NCBI GenBank assembly: GCA_024137785.1
Contig: JAHRHZ010000002.1
Coordinates: forward strand, 19,240,685-19,304,684
Source of the DNA: Ginglymostoma cirratum
Lineage: Eukaryota
DNA: 64,000 bases
Direction of reading: 5' to 3'
In this document: positions 1-11,506 of the stretch, piece by piece
Layout: each line of letters opens with the position of its first letter
Position numbering within the stretch: the stretch's first letter is position 1
Position numbers and translations under genes: made by a program
The notes under the pieces: generated by a model
Database searches by the model: none
Seen by the model: the letters and a program-made list of their open reading frames with translations, nothing else
What the model was told of the DNA's origin: nothing

Positions 1-729
1 CACGTAGAATAAGCATCAATCAATTTACTGGGTGTGAACAGGTTACTGAGACCTTGGGGGCCCGAATGTGAACACGCCGATCCAGCGGGCCAAGTTTGAA
101 AAGCTTCTGAGTGCGAAACTGTGGTGCGCAGGAGCATTAATAGTCCAGCCAAAGCTCATCTCCTCCTTGGTCTTCAGTAATCGCGTGATATATGTGTTTT
201 GCTAATCCTTCTGGTTCAATTTTGCAAAACATTATGATTTTGTAACCCCTAGTATTCGAATATTCGTCCTATTGTACAGCAACACTGCATGTTGAAACGA
301 TTTGACAAACAGAAGAACTTTTGTTGTTGTTATGTTGCATTACGCTACTAAAAAGCCCGGACCATGCGAATGGTTAATGACGTCAATGGTGAACAATGTT
401 AGGCTCTTCGGGGAAGCATTTTAGATGCATTTTGAACCCAGTCCGCCCGACGGAAAAACAATGCAGCGGGTGCACACTTGTTCTGTACCTGCCAGATATT
501 TTCATCCCTTTAAGGTATTGCAGATTTATCTCAGACATAGTAAGAACTGCCGATGCTGGAGTCAGAGATAACACAGCGTGGAGCTGGAGGAACACAACAG
601 GCCAGGCAGCATCAGAGGAACAGGAAAGCTGACGTTTCGGGTCGAGACCATTCTTCAGGTCCCGACCTGAAACAGCAGATTTATCTTCCGCGTGATGAAT
701 TGAATTCAACACACCTGCTGCGGAAAATC
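1..729 (-). pseudogene. Possible decayed V-J-(C1) gene running off the window start
   Basis: Acceptor tttacag|GFSAAGVLN, KIS(G)RY, (G)FK, SNRF, KIEPE, SFG, VFTFGPP. Interrupted by a 143-bp PLE fragment and longer than a canonical V. Confidence 0.3.
532..674 (-). mobile_element. Short Penelope-derived terminal-repeat fragment with 12-bp TSD
   Basis: TSD gcagatttatct at 520-531 and 675-686. Hammerhead-like CTGAAGA..GAAACGTC on the minus strand. Confidence 0.7.
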
Positions 730-883
730 CTGTAAACATTTAATCGTCTTTACAAAGTGTTCTAATTTAGAGCTAAAACTCCTTTCCGATCCTTTTCTTT
801 CCGTGCTGTCATGAACCCATACTATGGGCAGAGTTTTCCATCATGTTTCTATAATATACATCAGGAAATCACGTAGAATCACA

Positions 884-2090
884 GAATATAGGAGCAAGAG
901 TAGGTCATTTGTCTCTTCAAATCTGCTATTCATTATAATGGCTCATTATTCAACACAGGTGCCTGTTCCCGCTTTTCCCTAGAACTTATGATCGCTTTAG
1001 CCCCAAGTGCTATATTCAACTCCTTGAAATCATGCAATGTTTTGCCTCGACCGTGCTTTCTGTGGCAGAAAATTCCACCTCATCTAAGTCTAAAATGGTA
1101 TACTATGTATCCTCTGTCTGTGACGCCTGATTATGGGCTCACTGCTATCGGGAATGCCCTTACTGCCTCGATCCTGTCTAGCCCCGTTAGAATGTTATAG
1201 CTTTTAATGACATCCCTTCACATTCTTCTAAACTCCATCGAATGTAATCCTAACCGATTCAATTTCTCCTAACATATCAGACCCCTCATCCAAGGAATTA
1301 TTCTGGTAAATAGATAGAATCCCTACAGTGTGGAAACAGGCCCTTCGGCCCAACAAGTCCACACCGAACCTCAGAGCATCCCACCCAGACTCATCCCCCT
1401 ACAACCCACTTTATCTACGCATCCCTGGACACTACAGGCAATTTAGCATGGCCAATCCACGTAACCTGCACATCTTTGGAAACCGTAGGAAACCCACGCA
1501 GACACGGGGAGAATGCGAAAACGCCATACAGTTACCTGAGGGTCGAATTGAACCTGGGTCCCTGGTGCTGTGAGGCAGCCGTGCTAACCACTGTGCCACC
1601 GTGCCGCCCTGGTAAACCGCTGCACTCGCTGTACAGTGTAGAACATAGAACATTACAGAGCAGTACATGCCCTTCTGCCCTCGATGTTGCGCCGACCTGT
1701 GAAACCAATCTGAAGCCCATCTAACCTACACTATTCCCTTATCATCCATATGTTTATCCAATGACCATTTAAATGCCCTTAAAGTTGGCGAGTCTACTAC
1801 TGTTGCAGGCAGGGCATTCCACGCCTTTACTACTCTCTGAGTAAAGAACCGACCTCTGACATCTGTCCTATATCTGTCAACCCTCAAGTTAAAGCTATAT
1901 CCCCTTCGTGCTAGCCGTCACCATCCGAGGAAAAAGGCTCTCAAGAATATCCTTCCTCAGATAAAGAGACCAAAACTGCACACAATATTACAGATGTGAT
2001 GTAATGAAAATCCTGTATAATTGTGGTAAGCCTCCCCTGCACATGCACTCGAATCCTTACGTTATGAAGGCCGACGTACCATTTGCCTCA
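884..2090 (-). mobile_element. Old CR1 LINE 3' fragment containing a nested SINE and a younger CR1 tail (1638-1945)
   Basis: Reverse-complement CR1 3' UTR/RT C-terminal sequence with short tandem tails (tagaacatagaac). Confidence 0.75.
1311..1608 (-). mobile_element. HE1/V-SINE-type tRNA-derived SINE, full length
   Basis: Head GGGCGGCACGGTGGCACAGTGG (A box), GGTTCAATTC (B box), V-type core, CR1-like tail. TSD ctggtaaa at 1303-1310 and 1609-1616. Confidence 0.88.
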
Positions 2091-2322
2091 GGAACAAAGA
2101 CAGAAGTTGCTGGCGAAGCTCAACAGGTCTGACAGCTTCTGTGAAGAAATCACCAGAGTTAACGTTTCAGGTCCGGTGACCTTTCCTCAGAACAGTTCTC
2201 AGGAAGGATCACTGGATCCGAAACGTTAACTATGATTTTTTCTTCGCAGATGTTGCTAGGCCTGCTGAGCTTTTCCAGCAACTTCAGTTTTTGATCCTGA
2301 TTTACAGCATCCGCAGTTCTTT
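2091..2322. mobile_element. Palindromic Penelope-derived element (~100-bp arms, centre 2194)
   Basis: Imperfect inverted repeat with a hammerhead-like core in each arm. Confidence 0.75.
2157..2194 (-). ncRNA. Minimal hammerhead ribozyme motif
   Basis: GUU-CUGAGGA-A-AGGUC(accg)GACCU-GAAAC-GUU-AAC: intact core, stem II and a short stem I. Confidence 0.5.
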
Positions 2323-2609
2323 TAGTACCAGTTGCCTCCTATACCACAGTTGTATTTCTCCTCTTTAAATTGAATTCTTGAAATGTTCCACATCAAATCG
2401 CTAACTTAAAAAAAAATCCTTAGTAATGTCCTTGACAGGTCTATTTGTCCTTGACACTTTCGTTTGTCTTTGACACGTTCATTTATTTATTTACATCCAA
2501 AGCAATTACGTCCTCCCCCAACACAAGGATGTGGTGTTTGCGCTCAGGACTACCTCATCACCACTTTTCTTAAGTATTACACGATTTCTAAATTGTCTGA
2601 CTTTGAGTA

Positions 2610-2965
2610 CTGAATTTGAGCTACGGGCTCAATAGGTTGGGACTATTTTTCCCTGAAGCGTCGGAGTCTGAGGGTTGACCTTATAGAGGTCTATAAGATC
2701 ATGGGGACCACGGATAGAATGAATAGCCGAGGTCTTTTTTGCCTTGGGTAGGGGAGTCCAAAACTAAAGGGACATGTTTAAAGTGAGAGGGGAAAGGTTT
2801 AAAAGAGAACTAAGGGGCAAATGGTACATGCAGATGATGTACAGAACAAGCTTCCAGAGGAAGTAGTTGAGGCGGGTAAATTACAACATTTAAAAGGTAT
2901 CTGGATGGTACATGAACAGGAAGGGTTTCGAGCTGTATAACTCTATGGGTCTATGACTCTATGAA
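2610..2965 (+). mobile_element. CR1 LINE 3' fragment
   Basis: LGLFSL.RR.LR.DLIEVYKIM-type sequence and a ctctatga tail. Confidence 0.8.
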
Positions 2966-3205
2966 TGAATGAACACCCACCTCCGCTATTCTGTAAAGTA
3001 ATAGCTTATCTTTGATCTCAAATATTCTCCCACCTGATCCCCATATCGTTGCATTCCCCTGGATTGCAGGAATCTGTCAAATTTATATAGTCAACAGCTG
3101 ACCACCTGCAGCTTTCTGTGAGTGATAATTCCATGAAATGCAACAGTTTGAGTGACTAAATTTATCCTTAACACAATCATGAAAGACTGACGCATGATCA
3201 TGAAC

Positions 3206-4731
3206 TGTAAGGGACAGATATGAAAGAGGAGTCTATGTTCTATGTTCAGCAGTACAATTGATCGTTATTCAAGCTCTTTTACCACATGTACCGGAAAGGC
3301 CAGAGACCGCTCCAAAACTGGGTCGGTCGCCCTCTTAGACACCACTCAGATTGAAGGAACAGTCAACGAGTCTCTGATTTCCCCAGCGAGATATAACATT
3401 TTTTATACATTTCGCATTAAAATAATTATATGCACCACTGTCATTGTTCCTTCCCCCTTAATCCATACATCGAATCCTGTGAAGCACTTGATCAATGCTG
3501 GACATGCTTATAGGCAGCTTGTGGTTCCCCACGATCTTGCGATGTCTACCAGATGTCGTTATCATCAGTCCTTGGGATCTTACAATGTACCACAGAAATT
3601 TACATTTCAAAGTTAATAGTTATACTCTTTTTGAGACATTTCCCAGATTTGCTTATCTTTAAGGACTGCACGAATTCAGTTATTCATTTCCATCCCTATC
3701 AAACTCTGTTACTCATTTTATATTTCCTACTAACCTAATACAGGAGATACAAAAGGATTTTAATTCCTACTAATTGCTGTAAGATTGGTAATATTGGTTC
3801 TAATATAAGTTTAGTTGCATATAAAATTGCATGGTTATACCTACTGTTAGAATTGTTTGGTTAGCGAGTTGTGAGTGTTTTCTTTCTCCCCGTGTTATAT
3901 TCGCCTATCACTTACAGACCTTTCAAATTTTGTTACACAGTTTACTAACCTCATTATTGGATGTACAAAAGGATATTAATTTTTACTAATTGTTAAAACA
4001 TTTGTAACATCGGTTCCAATAAAGTTACATGGTTAGACCTAATGTTAGAATTCTTTAGCCAGTAGATTACGAGCAGCTTCCGTCCCACCTGACATCGGAA
4101 GATTTGATAAACACTGTCCCTCTATCTCCCAAATATACTGTAACTTATTCTAGTCACATGTTGTTTCCTAAGATGAAATTTACTGACCCTACTCTAAATA
4201 TTTCTACACCAACTCTTTAACCTATAAAACAACATCTATTTTATTAATAAGGCTAAAACTCAATCACTTTCACAGTTTAATGAATTTATCTGATCTAAGA
4301 TTGTTCAAGAGATAATCTCGTCCTTATTTAATGTTATCGTGGAATCATAGTTTACTATTTAATGCTTGTTACAAACTTCAGGCTGTGTGTTCCCAGATTT
4401 CTCTTGTCAGGCTGTCTCTTAGAGCCATCTGCAGCTGTTATTATTGCAGAACTGTTTTGAAGTAAGCTGGCTGTTTTTTTAAGTAAGATTATCTGTTATC
4501 TAAGTAACTGTTATCTAAGACAAGAACATTTCACATTAATTAGTTGTTTTTCTTCAGTTCAATCAGTCTTAGTATCACAACTGGTTTTAGTTAAGATTCC
4601 TCAAAAAAATCATTGATATAGATTCCATCGTAATTATAGATTTAACACACACATATAAAAATCATCAAACGCATTAACGGGTTTAAAACAATTTCAAGCA
4701 AGAAAGAAGGGGCATCTCTCATCTCTTAACA
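3206..4731. mobile_element. Possible solo LTR-like element containing a diverged ~215-bp-period duplication (3727-4075)
   Basis: TG...CA ends (tgtaag...ttaaca) and AT-rich. No TSD confirmed. Confidence 0.25.
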
Positions 4732-4739
4732 AGTACAGC

Positions 4740-5352
4740 AGCTAGGAGAATTGGAATGCATATTGAACGGCACTGCATTCCCTTTGATGGGAAAACTCAG
4801 TAGCCTTTGTCTATGTTGCAGCTTTGTTCAAGGTATCAGGTATAGTCGTCATAGTCGAGAGACAAGGGCCGCGGGTAACCATGCAAAGTTAAACTTCTTA
4901 CATACTAAAATGGGCCAATCAGATCACAGCAACGAGCAAATTGTTAATATAGAGTGGTGTGCCAGCTACCCAATCATGGTTGCACAATCCAGCCTTGTTG
5001 TTCAATAGTATACGCGGAGGGGTGGAGGGGCGGTGGTGGAGGTGGGGGAGAAGAGGGAAGGAATGTATCAGGGATACGAGAAAAACAATAAAACAAGAAA
5101 TTGTATTGTATTGAGCCAAAGCGCATTAGACTGCCCTGCGTGGTATGTCCTGAATACCTCTCCTTGCAAGCGACCAGTAAATGCTCGAATAAGCTACCCC
5201 GTGCCAGAACTTGCTGTCTCTTGAAAGTTATTCCAACTGAGCCTTCGCTCCCAAAATATATGAATGTCCTTTCATGTCAGGAAGGAAGCTACTTGACGTT
5301 GAAAGCTACTAAATTCTTCACTTATGTTAGTGTCTGGCAGCTGGATACAGAG
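4740..5352 (-). pseudogene. Decayed intronless V-J-C1 Ig-superfamily gene (possible leader relic ~5600-5671)
   Basis: One frame reads IQLPDTNISEEFSSFQ(R)QVASFLT*KDIHIFWERR...FTGRLQGE, then FYC (5093-5085), WVAGTPLYI (from 4972), LCMVT, T*YL. C-W and C-C spacings are near canonical. Confidence 0.5.
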
Positions 5353-5839
5353 CTTTGACATTACAACAAAAAGTTCCAAGGGGAAAAAAAAAACTGTTCT
5401 TTCTTAATATGCTCTGTAGACGACCCAGACTTCCGGAAATATGTTACTTTGTTCATGAAATTTATCCTACGATGAACAATTTCTTCAGTTCCTAGTAATA
5501 GCATTTTCCGCTCCCCGCATCTTGACAAGTTTTGAAAATCAACAACATGCGCAGGGAAAGAGTGCTCAACCAACTTTGGCAATGAAACACATGCAGCGAG
5601 TAATCTACTGACTCTTAGCAATAACAGTACAGGGATAATGACACTGTATGTTCTTTTTTTAAAGCGGCCATTGATCTTGCGCAGGGTGTAACTGTCAGAG
5701 ACTGTCTCTAAAAGCTTGAAACCAAGACTAATTGTAATTCTGGTGTGATGTTTCATCAGCATTAAAAGATGGAGTTCAGTTTACCTTCCCGCAATGATTT
5801 GAGGGGAAGCATTTGCTCTCATAAATATTTTAACTCCAG

Positions 5840-6950
5840 GTTATTCAGAAGTGTTCTGTACATATACTTGTTTGCAGTTCAGAACTTCAGTATCCCTTTT
5901 ATCTCGACTCACTGAGGCAAATTGCAAGGACGCAGATTTAGTTAGAAAATCAACATTACCACTGCGGGACAGGAGATTGTTTAGCAAGTGGACTCTGGAT
6001 GGTAGAGGCTTTGCCATGGAGAATGTAACAACTAATTACAATTGACGGTTGACTGCAAGGCTTTGTTTAAATTTTAATCCTGACAGGTTTATTCATAGAA
6101 TCATAGAATCCCTACAGTGTGGAAACAGGTCCTTCGGCCCAACAAGTCCACACCGAACCTCAGAGTATCCGACCCAGACCCAGACCCAGACCCATCCCCT
6201 TGTAACCCACCAAATCTACACATCCCTGAACACTACGGGCAATTTAGCACGGCCAATCCACCTAGCCTACACATCTTTGGACTGTGGAAGGAAACTGGAG
6301 CACCCGGAGGAAACCCACACAGACACAGGGAGAATGTACAAACTCCATACAGACAGTTGCCCGAGGCTGGAATCGAACCCTGGTCCCTGGTGCAGTGAGG
6401 CTTCTGATTGGTCAAAGCATTGCGTGATAAATAGACCAATGAATGGTTGTCACTTTTCTTTGAGTTGAACTGATGCAGCCCCGATGCAATACTTTTACCA
6501 ATTAGAGACATGATGCGCACATTGGACTGGGGTGGACAAAGTCAGATGTCGCATGACACCAGGTTATAGTCCAACGGCTTATTTGAAATCACAAGCTTTC
6601 AGAGCATAGCCCCTTCGTCAGGTGAAGTCTTCATAGGATTATTGGAATTGGAATTGGAATTGCACTACTTGCCATCAACGTCTCTTTCCACCAGAAGGAT
6701 CGATTGCAATTGGCACTGCAGTGTAATTAGAAGATTGCATATTGGTCATTGAAAGGGAGGAGCGTAAACGGCTGTATTACCAGCAAAGTACCAGCATGTA
6801 GCGCTGCTTCCTACAGAAAATGGTAGCCTGTAAAATTATTGCTGGTGATGTTAGCATGTCAGAATATCCATTCCGTCTATTTTATATTCATCTGAATGAA
6901 AATGTTAATTGACAAACATCATGCCATTCAAATTCTGATGTGAATGAAGA
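5840..6950 (+). pseudogene. Possible decayed tandem C1-C1 Ig exon(s), interrupted by SINE/PLE
   Basis: TSVSLLS..KWTLDG..NVTT..[SINE]..ASDWSKH..HFSLS, then PDAILLP..C..FPP..WSLKG..LPTENGS..SSE*K. Confidence 0.35.
6094..6402 (-). mobile_element. HE1/V-SINE, head slightly truncated
   Basis: Closely similar to 1311-1608, with an internal (gaccca)n expansion. Confidence 0.85.
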
Positions 6951-7573
6951 AATGCCAGTTTGTGCATATGCCAATGCTAATAAACTCAACGGTGGATAAG
7001 AGAATATCACGAAGGAAAAAAGCAACGACTTTATATGCATAACCAGCAATAACTGAGCACAAAATACATTTGGAAAGTTGTTTGTTGCAGCTCCACAGAC
7101 AAATTGTGAAGGTATAAGGTGATGAATAAGACAAGGGTCAAAATATATTTTTATGTATGTTCCACCACACCACCTCCTAAACAAAAATGGAACTGAATTC
7201 TTAAGAGATCTTTTCATTTTCTATTAATACATTACACCTAATCAGGTTTCCATAGTGTGTCAAAAGTATTCTTATATTTACATAAATTATATATTGATTT
7301 TCGATATGGACATATCCTGCACAAGTCCCTTTATGCCTTGAGTATTTAATACTTTTGGAATGGTGTTAGTGTCTTCTAATGAAGAGTGATGGAAAATATT
7401 TATTTAGCAACTCTGCCTGCTCGAGAAATTCGTCCTTTACAGCTCCCTATACGTTGAATATCTTTAAATATTCAATTTCATGTTCTGACCAGTATGCAGC
7501 CATGTTTGCACATTGGCATGCATTAAAAAATGTGATAATGTAGTTATGTAATACCGGCCAAATGAATTATTTT

Positions 7574-7913
7574 CATAGAGTTCATACAGTGTGGAAGGAG
7601 GCCATTCAGCTCATCGAGTCCACATCAACCCTCCAAAGAGCATCACAGCCAAACCCACCCCCGAATTCTACCTCTGCATTTCCCGTGGCTAATCGACCTA
7701 GCCCGCACTTCCCTGAACACTATGCATAATTTTTCATGGTCAATCTATCTAACCCACACATATTTGTACCGTAGGAGGAAACGGTACCACTCGTAGGAAC
7801 GCACAGGGAGAATCTGTAAACTCTACACAGCCAGTCACCCAAGGCTGGAAATGAACACAGGTCCCTCGTGTGGTGGGAGCACGGTCAACCACGAAGCTAC
7901 TGTGCTTCCCGTG
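7574..7913 (-). mobile_element. HE1/V-SINE, diverged
   Basis: Same architecture as 1311-1608. Confidence 0.75.
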
Positions 7914-8253
7914 CTATAACCTGCATTTTCCTAATAGGTACACGATCTGTCACTGGAATTTCTGGAACCACTCTGAGAAATTTATAACCATACTCAGATG
8001 GTTCTACTACCTCATAGGTCACTGCAAATTCTCCATTGGATCTATTTGAGGTGGTCTCTATTTACTCAGCAACTTAAATAAAATATTCAGGTGTTGGTTC
8101 TAAATCATTTTCTGAATTGTTAGATATAATTCTCTCAATTCAAGATACATTTGTTGACTTTCCATCATAGAATATAGACTGCTCATGTTACCCTCATTCT
8201 CTTTGCCTCCATACTCTTTGTTTATCGTGCTTTGTAACTGAATTTGACAATTA

Positions 8254-10090
8254 TAACTCAGGCTCTTGAGTACTGGCAACATGCTTGTAAATTTCTTCTG
8301 TACTCTTTCCAGTTTAATATCATCAATCCTATAGCAAGGTGACCAAAACGGAGCACAATACTCCAAATGCGGCCTCACCAATGTCTTGTACAACTGCAAC
8401 GTAGCTTCTCAACGTCTATACTCAATGCCCTGACTGATGAAAGCCAATGTGTCAAAAGACTTCTTCACTGTCCTGTCTATCTGTGTTTCCACTTTCAGAG
8501 AACTGTGCACCTGAACTCCATGGTCCCCCGTTCTACTTTTTAAGGCCCTACCATTCACAATGAAACTCCTACCTTGATATGGTCACCCCATTACAGGAAG
8601 GATGTGGAATCATTGGAAAAGGTGCAGAGGAGATTTACCAGGATGTTGCCTGGTCTGGAGTGAAGGTCTTATGAGGAAAGACTGAGGGACTTGGGTCTGT
8701 TCTCATTGGAGAGAAGAAGGCTAAGAGGGGATTTAATAGAGACCCACAAAATGATCAGAGGATTAGATCGGGTGGACAGTGAGAGTCTTTTTCCTAGGAT
8801 GATGACGTCAGCTAGTACGAGGGGGCATAGCTGCAAATTGAGGGGTGATAGATTTAAGGCAGATGTCAGAGGCAGGTTCTTTACTCAGAGAGTGGTAAGG
8901 GCGTGGAATGCCCTGCCTGCCAATGTAGTTAACTCAGCCACATTAGGGGCATTTAAACAGTCCTTGGATAAGCATATGGATGATGATGGGATAGTGTAGG
9001 GGGATGGGCTTAGATTAGTTCACAGGTCGGCGCAACATCAAGGGCCGAAGGGCCTGTTCTGCGTTGTATTGTTCTATGTTCTATATGACTTTCCAAAATG
9101 CAACACCTCACACTTATCTATATTATACTCCATTTGCCATTTCTCGGCCCACTTTCTTAGCTGATTAAGATCCTGCTGCAATTTCTGGTAACCTTCCCAA
9201 CTGCCCACAAAACCGCCTATTTTAATGTCATCTGCTAACTTACTAATCATGCCTTGTACATTCTCATCCAAATCATTGATACAAATAACAAACAGTGATG
9301 GGCCCAGCACTGACCCCTGAGGCAAGCCACTAATCATAGGCCTCCAAACCAACAAGCATCCTTTCTCTGTTACTCTTTGCTCCCTACCATCAAGCCACTT
9401 TTGTAATAAATTTACCAGCTCTTGCTGGATTCCATGCAATCTAACTTTCCAGAGCAGCCTACAATGTAGAACTTTGTCAAAAGCCTTACTGAAATCCATA
9501 TATACTACATCTTTCGCTCTGCCCTTATCAACCCTCCTGTTCACTTAATCAAAGAACCCTAACAAATTTGTGAGGCATGATCTCCCACGTATGAAGCTAC
9601 ACTGATTACTTCTAATCAAACCCTGTCTTTCCAAATGCATGTATATTTTACCCCTCAAAATCTTCTCAAGTAATTTGCCTATCACAGATGTTAGGATTAC
9701 TGGTGTATAATTCCCAGGTTTCTCCTTCCAGCCCTTCTCGAATAAGGGCGCAACATTCACTACCCCCAAGTATTCCGGGACCTCACCCATGGATAACGAT
9801 GATGCAATATATCAGCCAGGGCCCCTGCAATTTCTCCTTTAGGCCGTTGCAGGGTTCTTGGATATATCTGGTCAGGACCAGGAGATTTATCCACATTCAT
9901 GCATTTTAATACTTCCCACACCTCCTCTACTGTGATATGCACTGTCCCCAAGCTATTGCCACTAACTTCCACCACCCCGCTCCCCCCACCACCGTTCCCA
10001 AGTCTTCACGTCTCTCTCCACAGTAAACACAGAGGACAAAATACGCATTGAGGACCTCGCCCGTCTCCTGCGGTTCCACACATGCATGTC
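8254..10090 (-). mobile_element. CR1 LINE RT region, disrupted
   Basis: ORF fragments PGPDQIYPR, PGNYTPV.LTS, YMDFSKAFDKV, PQGSVLGP.LF, LADD, LVRPHLEYC. Confidence 0.92.
8582..9082 (+). mobile_element. Young CR1 3' fragment nested in opposite orientation in the older CR1
   Basis: GLFSLERRRLRGDL...FFTQRVVRAWNALP, ttctatg tail, short direct repeat atatg at the flanks. Confidence 0.9.
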
Positions 10091-10459
10091 CAATACAAAA
10101 TTCAACAATGACTTTAAAGATGGACTACATTTTCAATTGAAAAACAAGCTGCATGCAGGACTACGGGTGAAGGGGTTGAGACGGTGGAACATTGTTAATT
10201 AGGATGTCTTTTCAAAGAAGCAGAAATTACACGTTTTATTGACTGCTGTACTGTTACATGACGCTCTAGTAGTTAATTTCTAGTAGTTAAGTTCGCTTAA
10301 TAATAATCCTGCTCATAATTTGGCTTGTGTTATGTTTAAAATTGTAGACTACGTAACTCAGCTGCCATCAGTAGTGATGCAAAACAGAACAGTTAAGTCC
10401 AGTGTTTTCGATCAAGAATCCGGTCATAACTTAATGCGTGAATTAACCACTTCCTACCT

Positions 10460-10987
10460 GCCACAACAATGTATGTTTATTTAGTCAAGTGCTGACTATA
10501 CGAAAGATAAAATATAGAATGTAAGACATACAAGATATGAAGGAGATTTTTTTCTTGCCCCGCGGTGCAGTTATTCTATTCAATGCAATGCAGCTTATCT
10601 ACACGGCAATGTAAGAAGAAAAGGAAATTCCACGAATTGCTCATTTTGCACACATACCTTCACATGATAATCAATCACTCTTCGTTTAGACATTCACCAA
10701 AGCGAACTCTGTCGGCTATAGCTTTAGTGAAATATGTGTGTTGCTTTAATTACATTTAATCCTACATTACAAAAATACATGAGAAGTAGCTTTGAGTATC
10801 TTTATCGTCCTGCATTTTATGCTGTTAAAAGTCTGCCGTTATATGACTTTCAGTTTAAAACCTGACCGCATTTTATACATTTTTACTTCAGAGTACAGAA
10901 CCCGCAATGTGTTTCTTCCCTCTTGAGTGTTGCAACATGTCCTTCCATCGCTAAAATCCACAGTAGTGAGACCTGTAGACTCTCACC
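10460..10987 (-). pseudogene. NCR3/NKp30-like pseudogene (V + TM relics)
   Basis: Across frameshifts: VRVY../LWILAMEGHVATLK../HIAGSVL*SK../SYNGRLLTA../MYFCNV (10987-10760). TM relic YLVCLTFYILSFV* around 10500-10540 with flanking splice-like sites. Confidence 0.6.
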
Positions 10988-11245
10988 CTATATAAATGAT
11001 GAATTAGGTAATACCAAGTGTGCACTTTTAAGTCAGATATTGTACGAATTGAATTTCTTAGGTATTAATGCATTTCCAAGGATTTTCTAAGCAACCTGTC
11101 TCTGTACAGGATGTTATAAAGTAGACTTTCACGTTTTAAAATTGTTTGCCTCAGGTATCAGTATGTGTACTGGGGTTCAAGTATATCTTGCCATCTGACA
11201 ACGTCGTTTCCCTTCTTGCCAAGCTCGTTAATTTCGTTGACGCCT

Positions 11246-11255
11246 CACTTCCTGT
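11246..11255. promoter_or_regulatory. ETS-family motif (CACTTCCTGT) in the putative gene 1 promoter
   Basis: ETS core 200 bp upstream of the gene 1 ATG in a relatively CpG-retaining stretch. Motif match only. Confidence 0.3.
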
Positions 11256-11445
11256 CAGATGTAAGCCGATCAGTTCAGCAGTAATTTACAAAACCACGTT
11301 GCAAATTTACCAGCAACTCGGGGTTCAATCTGCACCATTACGTGCTGTAAAGCTCGATATTGTATCACTCTAAAGGCTGATCTTATCTTGTGCTGCAATT
11401 CGGACTAACGACATTCATTTTCCTGTTTAAACTCAGTTCATTACA

Positions 11446-11506
11446 ATGGTGACAGAACGGTGGTCAACAGCTGCTCTCTTCGTTCTCATTTCAATTTCTC
11501 TATCAG
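11446..11506 (+). CDS. NCR3-like: Gene 1 exon 1: signal peptide MVTERWSTAALFVLISISLS(G)
   Basis: ATG at 11446, hydrophobic 20-aa leader, phase-1 donor CAG|gtaagt at 11507, matching the phase-1 acceptor of the V exon at 15095. Confidence 0.8.

Noticed and set aside
1530-1608. tRNA gene (also at the other SINE heads)
   Set aside because: A/B boxes are present, but they are the heads of TSD-flanked SINEs continuing into a core and a LINE-like tail.
2425-2478. Three short tgtc(c/t)ttgaca repeats as nuclear-receptor sites
   Set aside because: Most simply a local slippage triplication, with no linked gene evidence.
5361-5762. 133-aa ORF as a type II membrane or lectin-like receptor
   Set aside because: The hydrophobic stretch is short with two Arg and no following domain. 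It is better explained as chance or as a decayed leader of the adjacent relic.
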